This document shows positions 51,533-64,000 of a DNA stretch of 64,000 nucleotides, piece by piece. Position 1 is the first letter of the stretch; every line of letters begins with the position of its first letter. The stretch comes from Octopus bimaculoides (Eukaryota): NCBI RefSeq assembly GCF_001194135.2, contig NC_068984.1:98083006-98147005 (forward strand), in the 5' to 3' direction. A program made the translations under genes and the position numbers. Under the pieces are notes generated by a model. The model made no database searches. It worked only from the letters and a program-made list of their open reading frames with translations, and had not been told where the DNA came from.

Positions 51533-53803
51533 TAAATATGATTAGGTCAACTTTAACATTTAACTAATCTGCTGAAAATTTGAGATACTGTGTCTATAAA
51601 AGAAATTAAGCTAGCACTTAGTAATGAAGAAAATTTGTAGCTAATAAAAATTTGGAAGGACTATAGAAAATCTCTTGTTGACTTTTACAGTTTCTTTTTA
51701 ACTTCAATTTGTACATAGTACCATGATTAATAAACAAGTAAGATTTGATCCTGAAGCCATAGTAGGTAAAGTAGATCCTTTTAAAAAATGAATAAAATCT
51801 ACAGAGGAAGATAATCTAACATTAAACTATACAGTTATGATAAATGTATCAGCTCAGTTAAAAGAATTTAATTGAAGCAGCAGCCTTAATTTATGGAACT
51901 TAATCTAAAATATTGATTTTTATGCTCCCTTCTATTGCTGTGTTAGACAAAAACCAGTTATTTAAGCTACTTTTGTATTTGCCCTGTTAATACTGCCTAG
52001 CTCAAATATTCTCCATTGTAAGCAACAATACCGCTGAGAGCAAACAGGTTGTCAGTTAACATTAGGATAATTTTACCCTTGGCCACAAGCTGCATAACTT
52101 TCTAGAATAAATAACTAAGACCTTGAATGCGAAAACAAATGCAAACAAGATCCAAAATCAGCAAAAAAAAAAAAAAAAAGCTTGGACAAAAGAAAATCAC
52201 AAAAAAATTTGTTTTAATCTCTTGTTGCTTCATAGAGTGGCTCACATGGGAACCTGTGTATTTAATTTTAGGACTTGTCAGGATTTCATTAACAGGTAGG
52301 GAGGGCTTACTTAAATGGTGAAATAAGAGTAGTACTATCTAGCTGTAAGAGGTCACAAGTCACTTTCTCTCATAACAGGAATTAGTTAAATTATTTTCTT
52401 TGTTCAAGCAAGTTTCCCTGTATTTGAAACAGGAATAATTAAACATTAGTTATTAAAAGACAATCACCAGTAGCTGATTCTTAAAACAGAAAAAATATAT
52501 AAAAATATATAAATTTATATAGCAATATAAAAATATGAGTGAAGAATGTGAGAAAAAGGAATGTAATAAGGGTATAAAATAAATTTAGATAGTGATACCT
52601 AATAGGAATTAATTTTTCAGTAAATGATATACAATCAGAATAACTAACTCAAATTTCAAGATGTGTGTGTGTTTGTGTGTGTATATGTCCATTTTCCATG
52701 ATGGCATGGATCTAGGTCATTTCTTGTAGGGAGCTGCTGCTCTCCTAGACTGTTGTTCACATATATCATTTAGCTTTATTCTATAGCAGGATACCTTTCC
52801 TATTGCCAACCACTTTACAAAATGTAGTAGGTGCATTTTGTTGTGACAGCAACACAAGAGGCTAATAAGTCCTTAAGACAGGACTAAAGAGCCATCGCAA
52901 TCATATGCTTTCTCATTTACCAACTACTTTACAGTATGCACCAGGAGTACAGAGGGGGTTTTCTGTTATGGCACCAACTGAAGAAGGTGATTGCCTTGTA
53001 CACAGTAGATGTTAAGAGTAATCATAGTAATCCAAGATGTGGAGACCAAGAAGTGGAATAGGTGGGCAAATGTAAAGAATACTCAATAACTTCGGGCATG
53101 TACAGTTTCACAGGTAACCGAGGAGATATATTTGGAATGAATTTAATATGAAGGGAGGAAGGTACATCAAAATATATTCATAAATGCTGCTAACTTTAAG
53201 GGAAAAAAGAATAAGGAATAATTCAGTAAAAAAAATGAAAAAAAAAATGGAATAATGAAGAGTAATGATAAACTGATTAATATGCTACATATTGAAAACT
53301 AACTAAAATTACATAAAAAATATTACTGGAACATTGTTTTTTACTGAATTATATTTTTTATATAAGTATAACAATAAATTTACAATAGGATTATCAGCTA
53401 AAATATTAGTGTCTCTCTCACACACACAAGCGAGACATTTCAGGTAATTAAATCCCAAAAGCTCATTTCCTCAAATTCTACACAATTTAACTCTTATCTA
53501 GTTAAAATAATCTTATTAATTCTTTAAAATTTCAACATAACTATGTTTCAATGTATTTCAACAGAAAAGTTTTCAAAGAATGCTTAAAATTTGCTAGGGT
53601 GGGACTAGATAATTAATATTAGGTATAAAAAAATGTGAATTCTTATTTCATGAACAAATAGCAGAAAAACCTGCTATTACGTGGAGTTCAATGTAATGAG
53701 TACCTGAATATTAAAGTTGCATTGTATTTTTAACACCAGTAAAATATTTTCTATTTCTATCTTCAATATGTATATATTTTTTTAACATCTCAAAATGAAA
53801 TTA

Positions 53804-56757
53804 CAGTGTACCGCCAATTATTTGTGGTCCGGCACAGAACTGATTATTGTTCATGGAAACCACCGCATATTCAGGGAATCATAAATATCACCTGCTATTT
53901 TCAATGGCTTTTTACATGGCAATTATATTTTTTCACACTTTTTAAGGCTAAATTATTAATAACAATATACCATATTTGCCAGCTTACTGGATGCCCCTTC
54001 ACAGCTGAAGCTCCCTGTAATTAGAATACTCACGCATCACGTTGCTTGATTTTTTTTAGATTCAAGTACACTGCATCTTGTATCTCTTATTCTTGCTCTC
54101 AATCAAAGCATGCTAAATTAGTATAGTGGACATCTATCTATATTTCACACATACACACACTCTCTCCCTCTCTGGCTGTACTTCTCTCTCAACAACATCA
54201 ACCGTTCATTGTAGCTAAAGTACACACACACACACATATATATGTATGTACAGTGTATCACACCAGTATTACTTGGGCTAGCGATGACAGATCAAAGATA
54301 TATACAACACCAAGACTGAATGTTAATTTTTATACCAGCACTTTTTGTAAATTAATGCTACATTTGGTCATACACATTGTTTATTTCAACAGGATAATTT
54401 TTAAGGTCATGAGCCAACATAACCTCATGGAAATTAAGTTACTTGCTGGTCCCACTCTCTCTTATTATTATTATTATAGTACAGATTACTGTATCTAATG
54501 GTAATACAAACTAAATTTTTCAAAACCATGATTATTATTAATTATCTCTGTTCAATCTCCTATTGGTGGTATGCACATATTAGACGTAATGAAGATTTTT
54601 ATGTAGGTTATTTTTTTTTTAAATTGATTCCAGTAGCTATCGCCAGTATTTTGTTGACTGCTGTGCTCTACATGGCATGTAATTAAAGCCCTAAGATGCC
54701 GCCCAATCACCCTTCTGGCAGAGAACATAAGCGCCAGAAAAAAGTTATGATGCTCCATGAGAAGGCACAACTACTAGATATGCTCCAAGAAGATAAAAGT
54801 TATGCTGCAGTAGGTCGCTATTATGTTGTCAACGAAAGCACCATACATACGCTACATAAAGAAGAACGAGGTGGCAATCAGGACTACCATAGCAATAAGT
54901 TTCTGTGAACATGCAAAAAAGTTAACGAAAGTGAGAAATAAGCACTTCGTCAGGATGTAATCTACCTTGGCATTGTAGATCAGTGACAGCAAGAAAAACA
55001 TCCCCTTGAGCAGTAACATCATCCACGAGAAAGCATGGAAATTATACCAGCAATTTGACAGAGCAGAAGATGCCAAAGAACCACAACCAAGACCACTGAC
55101 AGCACTGGAGCCCGAAGATTTTCAAATCAGCAAGGGATGGTTGGATCGTTTTCAGAAACGGTTTAAAATAGTGTGTGTTTCCTTGCATGGAGAGATAGCA
55201 TCAGCCAACAAAGAAGCCAGCAAAAAGTACCTCGAAACCTTCAGGCAGATCATCGAGGACAAGGGATACAAGCTGGAACAGGTTTTCAATATGGGTGAGG
55301 CTGGCTTGTTCTGAAAGAAGATGCCTTCCAGAACATACATCATGAAGGACAATTATGTGTGGCAATGTTGCTAGCTTCATAATGAAACCAGGACTTATCT
55401 ACAAGTCCATGAACCCGAGTGCCTTCAAAAATAAGAATAAAAACCTGCTGCCGGACCACTGGATGCACAACCCCAAGGCTTGGATTACCAAAAGTTTAAA
55501 TTTGAATTGGTTCCACCAATGCTTCATGCCTCAAGCCAAAGAACACCTCCAAAATGTCCGTATGGAATTCAAGGTGTTACTTGTTAAGGATAATGCTGGT
55601 GGTCACTCTTTGGATTTAAATCATGAGGGGGTCTAAGTTGAGGTCCTTCCTGCCAACACCGCCTATCTCACCCAGCCTATGGATCAAGGATTGATCCGTG
55701 CCTTCAAGGCACTTTACACTCAGAACTCTCTCCAACACCTTGTGGATGCAATGGATTTGGACAAGAATTTCAAGTTAAAAGAGTACTGGTGTAACTTCAC
55801 AATTGCAACATGCCTGTGAGTCATCCATGCTGCTCTTAAAGACATGAACAAAAAAACCCTCATTGCATGCTGGAAGAAGGTGCAGCCTGAGTGAGTCCAG
55901 GACTAAGAGGGCTTCTCGCCTGAAGATATTCAGCATGAGGATGTCAACAATGTGGTGAAACTGGCAAAGGACTTTTAAGGATAGCAAAGGAATTGCAAGG
56001 GAAGGCAGAAGCATGGAATCCTTATATGGTTCAGTCTCTCCAATTTAAAAACGCCACTGATGCTGCCATGCAGACATATAAAACTCTCCTCACCACCATG
56101 AAGAAACAACGACAACAACTTCTCATCACAATGTTCTTCAGGCCCACCAAGAAAGCCTTGCATGAAGATATGACATGCCCTAAAACACCTGAAGAAGAGA
56201 CATCACCTGAAGAGCTTTAAATCTTCTTTGCTGTGTAGTCATTACCTTCATTATTGGTGAGTAACCGTACATTAGCTTGTAAAAAGCACCATTTGAGCGT
56301 GATCGTTACCAGCATTGCCTTACTGGCACGTGAACAAAACATTCGAGCGAGGTCGTTGCCAGTGCTGCTGGACTGCCCCCTGTGCAGGTGGCATGTAAAA
56401 AACACCATTTGAGTGTGGACGTTGCCAGTACCGCCTGACTTGGCCTTGTGCCGGTGGCACGTAAAAGCATCCACTAAACTCTCGGAGTGGTTGGTGTTAG
56501 GAAGGGCATCCAGCTGTAGAAACTCTGCCAGATCAGATTGGAGCCTGGTGCAGCCATCTGGTTTGCTAGTCCTCAGTCAAATCGTCCAACCCATGCTAGC
56601 ATGGAAAGCAAACGTTAAATGATGATGATGATGATATATATAACATTGTATTTTGACATTTACAGGCATTTTTATGGACCATGTCCAATATTCGCGTTTT
56701 TTCACTATTTGTGCGTGCTCTAGGAACATAACCCCAGCAAATACCGGGGGACTACTG
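53804..56757 (+). mobile_element. Tigger/pogo (TIGD1-like) transposon, decayed
   Basis: HTH MPPNHPSGREHKRQKKVMMLHEKAQLLDML, SKGWLDRFQKRF, EQVFNMGEAGLF, PKAWITK and VLLVKDNAGGH. Right TIR reverse complement is CAGTAGTCCCCCGGTATTTGC; the left TIR at 53804 matches only loosely. Confidence 0.8.
56276..56632 (+). mobile_element. RTE LINE 3' end inserted into the Tigger element
   Basis: Family 3'UTR and (GAT)n tail, followed by the Tigger right end. Confidence 0.9.
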
Positions 56758-56763
56758 TGTATG

Positions 56764-56800
<37 letters not shown>

Positions 56801-57138
56801 NNNNNNNNNNNNNNNNNNNNNNNNNNNNNNNNNNNNNNNNNNNNNNNNNNNNNNNNNNNNNNNNNNNNNNNNNNNNNNNNNNNNNNNNNNNNNNNNNNNN
56901 NNNNNNNNNNNNNNNNNNNNNNNNNNNNNNNNNNNNNNNNNNNNNNNNNNNNNNNNNNNNNNNNNNNNNNNNNNNNNNNNNNNNNNNNNNNNNNNNNNNN
57001 NNNNNNNNNNNNNNNNNNNNNNNNNNNNNNNNNNNNNNNNNNNNNNNNNNNNNNNNNNNNNNNNNNNNNNNNNNNNNNNNNNNNNNNNNNNNNNNNNNNN
57101 NNNNNNNNNNNNNNNNNNNNNNNNNNNNNNNNNNNNNN

Positions 57139-57202
57139 ATATTCCAGTAGTACATTCGACTTGCATGGTTTGCTAGCATAGTCGAATGTACTACTGGAAT
57201 AT
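57139..57202. repeat. Perfect 23-bp inverted repeat with an 18-nt loop
   Basis: ATATTCCAGTAGTACATTCGACT / AGTCGAATGTACTACTGGAATAT, immediately after an N gap. Confidence 0.9.
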
Positions 57203-57423
57203 CATACCGATGACGGAAATTGAATATTATCATTCATAATCCAGAAACGCGTCTATGATTAACTTTAAATGGTTAGTTTTCATTGTTTTTTCTTCTTGTT
57301 TTTCCTTTGTGAGTTACAAGTAATGCTATCTGTTGGAGTCTCAGCTTTTTTAGCTGCTATTTCTGAACTTCGGTATATGGTGAAGCAAATGCTTGCTGAT
57401 CCCTTAATTATGTTTATAAATGT

Positions 57424-57464
<41 letters not shown>

Positions 57465-57859
57465 ATTACATTCTTACCACCCAACATTTCCACCACTATC
57501 CATCACTTGTACTTTTTTGTAACAAACTTTTGCTGCTCATTATATCCAACCATTATCAGTTCCTTGCTGTTATTATTCCTTTTCATCATTCCTAGCATTG
57601 TCTTTCTTTCATTTCTCACTCAAACCACAGTCATTTGATCACTGCCTCTACCACCATACTCCTATTTCTTTTCCTTTCACCCCTCTAGTTCTAGTTATTC
57701 TTCAATCATTACATTATGCCATAACTACTACAAAAACAATATGCAATCTTAAGGATCATGTTTTCTTGCAAGATAAAATGAAACCTCACAAGTCCTGGAA
57801 CTATAAGACACACTCAATACACAGTAAAGTATGTGGTAAACAAGAAAAGACAACATACG

Positions 57860-58066
57860 GTTGAGAGGACCCCTTAGTCCTGTCCTGTGGTGTATTGATA
57901 AAATGCACCCAGTACACTCTATAAAGTGACTGGTGTTAGGAAGGGCATCTGGCCAATGAAATCATGAAAAATAAAATGTACGAGCAGTATATTGTCTTCC
58001 AATCTGTATTGGATTGTCACAACCCATCCTACTTGTGTCAGCATGGAAAACGGATGTAAAATGATG
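57860..58066 (+). mobile_element. RTE-related 3' end fragment (decayed)
   Basis: ggtgttaggaagggcatc..gcatggaaaacggatgtaaaatgatg. Confidence 0.6.
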
Positions 58067-58259
58067 CTAGGGTGTTTTAAAGGTCAATGCTGGTCTTTGG
58101 TTTCATACTGTGAAGCAAAGAAAGTAAAAGGTTTCTCAGGAGATTTCTCTTCTTGCAACAAATACTCATAATGATGTATATAATCTCAATACATAGATAA
58201 CTGAATGAAGCATTCAGCCCAAAAACACAATAAAAGAGTTGCAGTAAGGAGAAATGGTA

Positions 58260-59110
58260 AATTAGAGGGTACAATAGGATAATTATGGGCTATTTTGGGG
58301 ATAATAAAACAGTAATATTGCTCTCCTCCTCTGCACCATTATCTGGACTGATAAATGAATGGTAGGACCATTTTCCCAATACCTTCTAAAAACTACCTTG
58401 ACACATATGACAGCAACTTCATTACCATAGCTGGTGGCTTTAAAATGTTGGGCAACACCATGACATATTCAATGGTGTGCATGGAGGTTATGGCTATGAG
58501 TCAAAAAAGTGAGGAGAGATCAAGGCTTGGAGTTTGGTGATACAAATGACTTAATCATTTGTATTATGAAGCTCAGGAAATTAGCAACCCAGCTGATCAC
58601 TAACCAATCAAGAAATCATACAAGGAAGATAAACTTCATACTTATCAGGAAACAGGCTTGGAAGCCAATGTTAAATATTACATCTTTCCTTGGAAAAGAA
58701 TGCACCATCCAGTACAGACTAGGGATTAGTGACTTCAGAGTAAGAACTTGTTCAACTCAAAAACACAAGACATATAGAGAAGGAACATATGGAAGCTTAT
58801 ACTATGAGGGAATAGTTGGTTAATTGAGGGAGGCTCTAGTTAATATTAGGCAGGAGGAAATGGAAAACTATTTAATGGCAGACAACTGGGAATCCCTCAG
58901 CGACAACCTAATGAGGACTATAGAGTAGATCTGTGGGTGGAGCAAAGCTCAAAAGGAGACATAAAAGTTAAAAGACAGGCCTGGAAAGATTGGAAGAAAG
59001 GAAGCAGCAGAGAACAATACCAAGCAGCTAGAAGGGAAACAAAAAGTAAGAAGTTTATCAATATTCTGCAGTATCAGGAGCTGATATGTGAAATACTCCA
59101 GATTGCAAGG
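58260..59110 (+). mobile_element. RTE LINE AP-endonuclease and linker remnant
   Basis: FNGVHGGYGY.., LEFGDTNDLIIC..QLITNQS..INFILIRKQAW..GKECTIQYRLGISDFR and KRQAWKDWKKG. Confidence 0.7.
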
Positions 59111-59203
59111 TAGTGTATTAGAGTTGTGACCTAATCCTAATAACACAGGACCAGCCATTCAATTTGTTAGCAGTATGGTTGGAGGTGCAATAAAGGATAC
59201 AAA

Positions 59204-59397
<194 letters not shown>

Positions 59398-59970
59398 GCA
59401 TCAAATTCTTGAACCATGTTATGAAAGCTAAAGAAAAAATTATAACACAATTGATGAGGAAGAAAAATTAACCTAGATAACTTGCATGAGGCAAAGTAGG
59501 TCTTCTTGAGGGTATAACAAAGTTTCTAGAGCTGGTGCAACATTAATATGCATCCAGTACTCTCTGCAAAACAGTTGCTGTTAAGAAGGTCATCCAAATG
59601 CAGAAACCATGCCAAAATGGAATGTATGAACAACTCTGACTCATCTAAGGCAACTCTGAATAAGAACTGGCTCAGACTGTGATGTCCCATCCAATCAATG
59701 CTAGCTTGGAAAGCAGATTATAAAATGATGTTAATGCTACAAAGGGCTTCTGCATAGTTTCCACCCTCCAAATTCCAGACAAAGTTATTAGTAGAAGACC
59801 CTTCCAAAGTGTGCATGGTGGGATTGAACCTGGAACCATGTAGTTGCAAAGCAAACCTCTTAATCTCTACCTCTCAACCATTGCCTCACTTAATTATTTT
59901 CCTTTTCATTTATGTGTGTGAGTGTGTGTGTGAGTGTATATGTGAAAGAGAGAGAGAGAGTGTGTGTGTG

Positions 59971-60002
<32 letters not shown>

Positions 60003-60568
60003 TGTGTGTGTGTTTGAAATTAGCTGTAGTTCTGATGTTCCATGACTTTATAAGCCAATGAACTACAGTGGAAAGCAAGAAAATAATCAAAGCAGTACAT
60101 TTAACATTGAGAACTTAGTCAATAAGCAGCATGGTATTACTGATTTTCAGTGAAAATAAAAATAGTTATTTTGTATATTGGCACAAAAACCACAAATTAG
60201 ATGTAGATTGCATATAGCTCTCTACTGATAATTAATTTATTGAACTGGGATCCGAACATAACAAAATATCACAAAGCAATTACTCTGGCACTGTACTGCT
60301 TACTTTATTCGACTGACATTTTGACTTATATAAAGTTAGCCTATTGCTGAAAAAATTGGAAAAAGGAACTGGCGTATATTGAAAGAAAGAATGAAAAGAA
60401 ACCTGAACTCAACACAGAATTGCTGACAGAAAACTTTTGTTCAGAAATGTTGAGAGGAACATACTGCCAATACATATTGATTCATAGAAGTGTGCTAATT
60501 TACAATGAGTAACAGGAATTGTTCACAGGAACATTAGACCATATATTAGCCAAGACTCTTGCAGTTAA

Positions 60569-60662
60569 CCTTTAGCACATTGCAAGTGCATCATGTCACT
60601 ATATGAGTTTTCTCCCCAGTAGCAGGGGAAATAATTCAACAGAAAATGCAGTGTGCTAAAGG
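60569..60662. mobile_element. 94-bp piggyBac-type miniature element
   Basis: TTAA at 60565-60568 and 60663-60666; 16-bp TIR CCTTTAGCACA(T/C)TGCA (15/16). Confidence 0.75.
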
Positions 60663-60749
60663 TTAAATAATGGCATGACAAGTCACGTGAGGATTTCTTC
60701 TTTGCTATATTTCCTTAACAGGGAACACTAATCACATTGGCTTGACAAC

Positions 60750-60950
60750 TATGAAACTTATCTAGCAGAGAAAGATAAAATTTACCCAACAGAGGAATAT
60801 GAAAGTTATTTAACAGTGGAATCAAATTTGCCTGACAGAAGAGTATGAGATTTACCTGGCAGAGAAGTATGAAATTTATTATGAGATTTACTCTGCAGAG
60901 GGGTATGAGATTTCTCAACAGAGAACTATGAGACTTAGCTAACAAGTGAG
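60750..60950. repeat. Diverged 24-bp minisatellite, about 8 units
   Basis: Consensus near ATGAGATTTACCTGGCAGAGAAGT. Confidence 0.75.
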
Positions 60951-61329
60951 AAGAGAAGATATATTTAAAAAACAACAAGGCTTCTCTGAATTCTTTAATT
61001 TAATCATTTGTCCCAATGCACGGCATCCTAATCATTTCTCTTGATCAAGGTCAGGAGGCGCACATAGTTAAGATCCACTACATTTAGAAGGGAGAACTTT
61101 ATTTTAGCAGGTGGTGCAATAGAAGGCATCACAAAGTTATTCGGTGAAAGGATAGTTAGCCATGTACTGTTATATAACTGCTAATATATTCAATCAGTCA
61201 CTAACATGAATGTTGTTTTCCTCCTCCAAATGCTGAACTGACTTCAGAAATTGGCTTAGCTGTGTTGGAACAATATCACTATTTCATCAAGCTTCCATCT
61301 CTTTCAGGCAAAAGTAAGTAGATAGTGTG

Positions 61330-61750
61330 GAGAAGTGGATGGGCAAGTTGGGTGGTGAGCACTAATGAAGATAAAAATGGGAGATAGGCAGCAGGATTGA
61401 AGAGAGGAAAAGGAATATAAGGAAGTGGATGCTGTGATAGAAGTAAGAGAGATAAAAGGAAAAGATGAAATACTTGGAAAATCTAGAAAAAACAGAAAAG
61501 GATAAATTAGAGAGTAAAGCAAAAGAGGGTGAAAGAGAGAATTTACAAAAGATAGTTGAGAAGATAGAGAACATAGAAGAATAAACATTAAAGTAAAAAG
61601 AAAAAATAATTGACTAAAACAAAGTGTGTGGAGCTCTAAGTGGAGTGAACAAAAAGAAAACAAACCAAAAGAGCAAAGAAAAGAAAGAATAAGGGAGTGA
61701 AGTGAAAGATGATCAACAGCCAGTAATAAAAAGGTAAAGAGGAGTGAAAT
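61330..61750. repeat. Purine-rich (A/G) low-complexity tract
   Basis: Strong purine bias on plus, with no regular period. Confidence 0.7.
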
Positions 61751-62134
61751 ACAGAGCAGATACACAATGTATGACCAGAATTGTTTTTATTGATATGCCA
61801 AGTTGAAATTTATGAATGAATGGTTTTCTCCACTTCACACACTACCATATGCATCTTACTTGCTTTCACACAAACACAAATGGCTTTTTTAACCTTAAGC
61901 AAGACACGTTGCATTTTCAAAAGAATAGAGGTGTGATGTTAATCTGTCACCCAAAGAAAGACATCTCTGACATATGACAGCATTGGACTTGTTAGAAACA
62001 GCAGTCAAATCTCTTTCTAATGAAAAGTATATGTATTTGAATGCATAAAAAAAAAATGTAAAATCATGGGAGTTGATGAGGAGTTCATTTAACATATACG
62101 CATTACTCCATTTACTAAATTTTTATATATATAT

Positions 62135-63001
62135 AAACAATATGAGTATATGCATATATATGTACATACCTTCATCTACATGTACATATAGATACATATC
62201 TGGGTACATGACGTTGCAAAAACACATGGAGAAAATGATAAACAAGGTACAAAAAACACGCAGGCCACATAGAGAACATATCCGTCATCAGCTGCCACCA
62301 TTAAAACACTGGCGTTTTGAAGAGTTAGGGCAGGATGCATCGTTAAAATGGCTCTCCCCACGGACACAAATTTGTTCCATGGAGGATAGTGGCGGACGGA
62401 AAACAAGACAGGTAAACGAAACGGTGAAATAAACAAACAGAAAAGGCTATACAGCCAGACGTAGAGAAGTATGTGTATATTGAACGCTGTGAAGCACGAA
62501 CTGGAGAGGCGAAGATGTGCGTGCGAAGCTTGGGGAGTCCAAGACCGAAAAGAAATAGCAACTGGACACATGTGACCAGTGAGGGGTAGGGAGAAAGAGT
62601 GGTAGAGGGAGAAGAAGGGTAGGAAGTAGAATATAAGTGAGCAACAAGAGGTAGAGAGAGAGATAGTAGTGATGGGGAGAGGCAAAGGACGAGCAACAAG
62701 AGATAGAGAGAGAGATAGTAGTGACGGGGAGAGGCGACAAATAGTAGAGGGAAGAATGAGAGGGGGAGATAGATACAAAGATAGAAAGGGTCGCGTCAGG
62801 AAAATAAAGTTCAAAACTAACTTCTAAAGGTAACGCGTGCGTTCGATCGTGTGATACAAACAATATATGAGTATATGCATATATATGTACATGTATGTAT
62901 ATACCTTCATCTACATGTACATACAGATACAAATCTGGGTACATGACGTTGCAAAAAAACATGAACAAAATGATAAACAAGGTACAAAAAACACGCAGGC
63001 C
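62135..63001. repeat. Direct repeats (62135-62266 and 62858-63001) around a CpG-rich spacer
   Basis: aaacaatat..gagtatatgcat..tgggtacatgacgttgcaaaaa..caaggtacaaaaaacacgcaggcc occurs twice. Confidence 0.85.
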
Positions 63002-63127
63002 GAGGATAGAGACTTCCGGTACAGGTGGTGGGGATGGGAGAGCAGGCGCATTGTGAAACAGCAAAGACTCAGGCTGATGGTCTCAGAGAATACTATGATA
63101 ATAGTGAGATATATATATACATACATT

Positions 63128-63188
<61 letters not shown>

Positions 63189-63565
63189 NNNNNNNNNNNN
63201 NNNNNNNNNNNNNNNNNNNNNNNNNNNNNNNNNNNNNNNNNNNNNNNNNNNNNNNNNNNNNNNNNNNNNNNNNNNNNNNNNNNNNNNNNNNNNNNNNNNN
63301 NNNNNNNNNNNNNNNNNNNNNNNNNNNNNNNNNNNNNNNNNNNNNNNNNNNNNNNNNNNNNNNNNNNNNNNNNNNNNNNNNNNNNNNNNNNNNNNNNNNN
63401 NNNNNNNNNNNNNNNNNNNNNNNNNNNNNNNNNNNNNNNNNNNNNNNNNNNNNNNNNNNNNNNNNNNNNNNNNNNNNNNNNNNNNNNNNNNNNNNNNNNN
63501 NNNNNNNNNNNNNNNNNNNNNNNNNNNNNNNNNNNATGATGATGATATATATATATATATACAAC

Positions 63566-63614
<49 letters not shown>

Positions 63615-63620
63615 ATATAT

Positions 63621-63987
63621 GTGGCTGTGTGGTAAGTAGCTTGCTTACCAACCACATGGTTCCAGGTTCAGTCCCACTGCGTGGCATCTTGGGCAACTGT
63701 CGTCTACTGTAGCCTCGGCCCGACCAAAGCCTTGTGAGTGGATTCGGTAGACGAAAACTGAAAGAAGCCCGTTGTATATATGTATATATATATTTTATAT
63801 GTATGCGTGTCTGTGTTTGTCGCTTCACAACCGATGGTGGTGTGTCTACGTCCCCGTAACTTAGCGGTTCGGCAAAAGAGACCAATAGAATAAGTACTAG
63901 GCTTACAAAGAATAAGTTCTGGGGTCGATTTGCTCGACTAAAGGCGGTGCTCCAGCAGTCAAATGACAGAAACAAGTAAAAGAGTAA
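63621..63987 (+). mobile_element. SINE family A, near full length
   Basis: Family A head, core and tail. Confidence 0.9.
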
Positions 63988-64000
63988 GCATATATATACA

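Noticed and set aside
61304-61765. 153-aa Leu/Phe/Ser-rich ORF resembling a membrane protein
   Set aside because: Translation of a pyrimidine-rich low-complexity strand.
62270-62325. CTGATGA on the minus strand as a hammerhead core
   Set aside because: No stem II followed by GAAA downstream, so the topology cannot be completed.

Overview
AT-rich eukaryotic genomic DNA with short-read assembly gaps. Its SINE, RTE and MITE families resemble those I associate with Octopus (inference from family recognition, not a database search). The only host coding sequence I can support is one minus-strand exon (9988-10270) encoding the N-terminal HECW_N region of a HECW1/HECW2-type NEDD4-family E3 ubiquitin ligase. 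I found no other exon and no promoter, so the rest is probably long intron or upstream DNA. It is filled with decayed mobile elements: R4/Dong and RTE LINEs, two tRNA-derived SINE families, a Helentron/DINE-like element, MULE, Helitron, Merlin, two Tigger/pogo, four mariner elements, a full-length decayed piggyBac with MITE derivatives, and a solo LTR. The most unusual observations are a 355-bp near-perfect palindrome of two back-to-back tRNA-like units, a C4HC3 PHD finger inside the RTE LINE ORF2 just after the RT core, a solo LTR that splits a mariner catalytic motif, a three-size piggyBac series, and a TAA-repeat insertion nest. I see no evidence of a novel multi-gene system.
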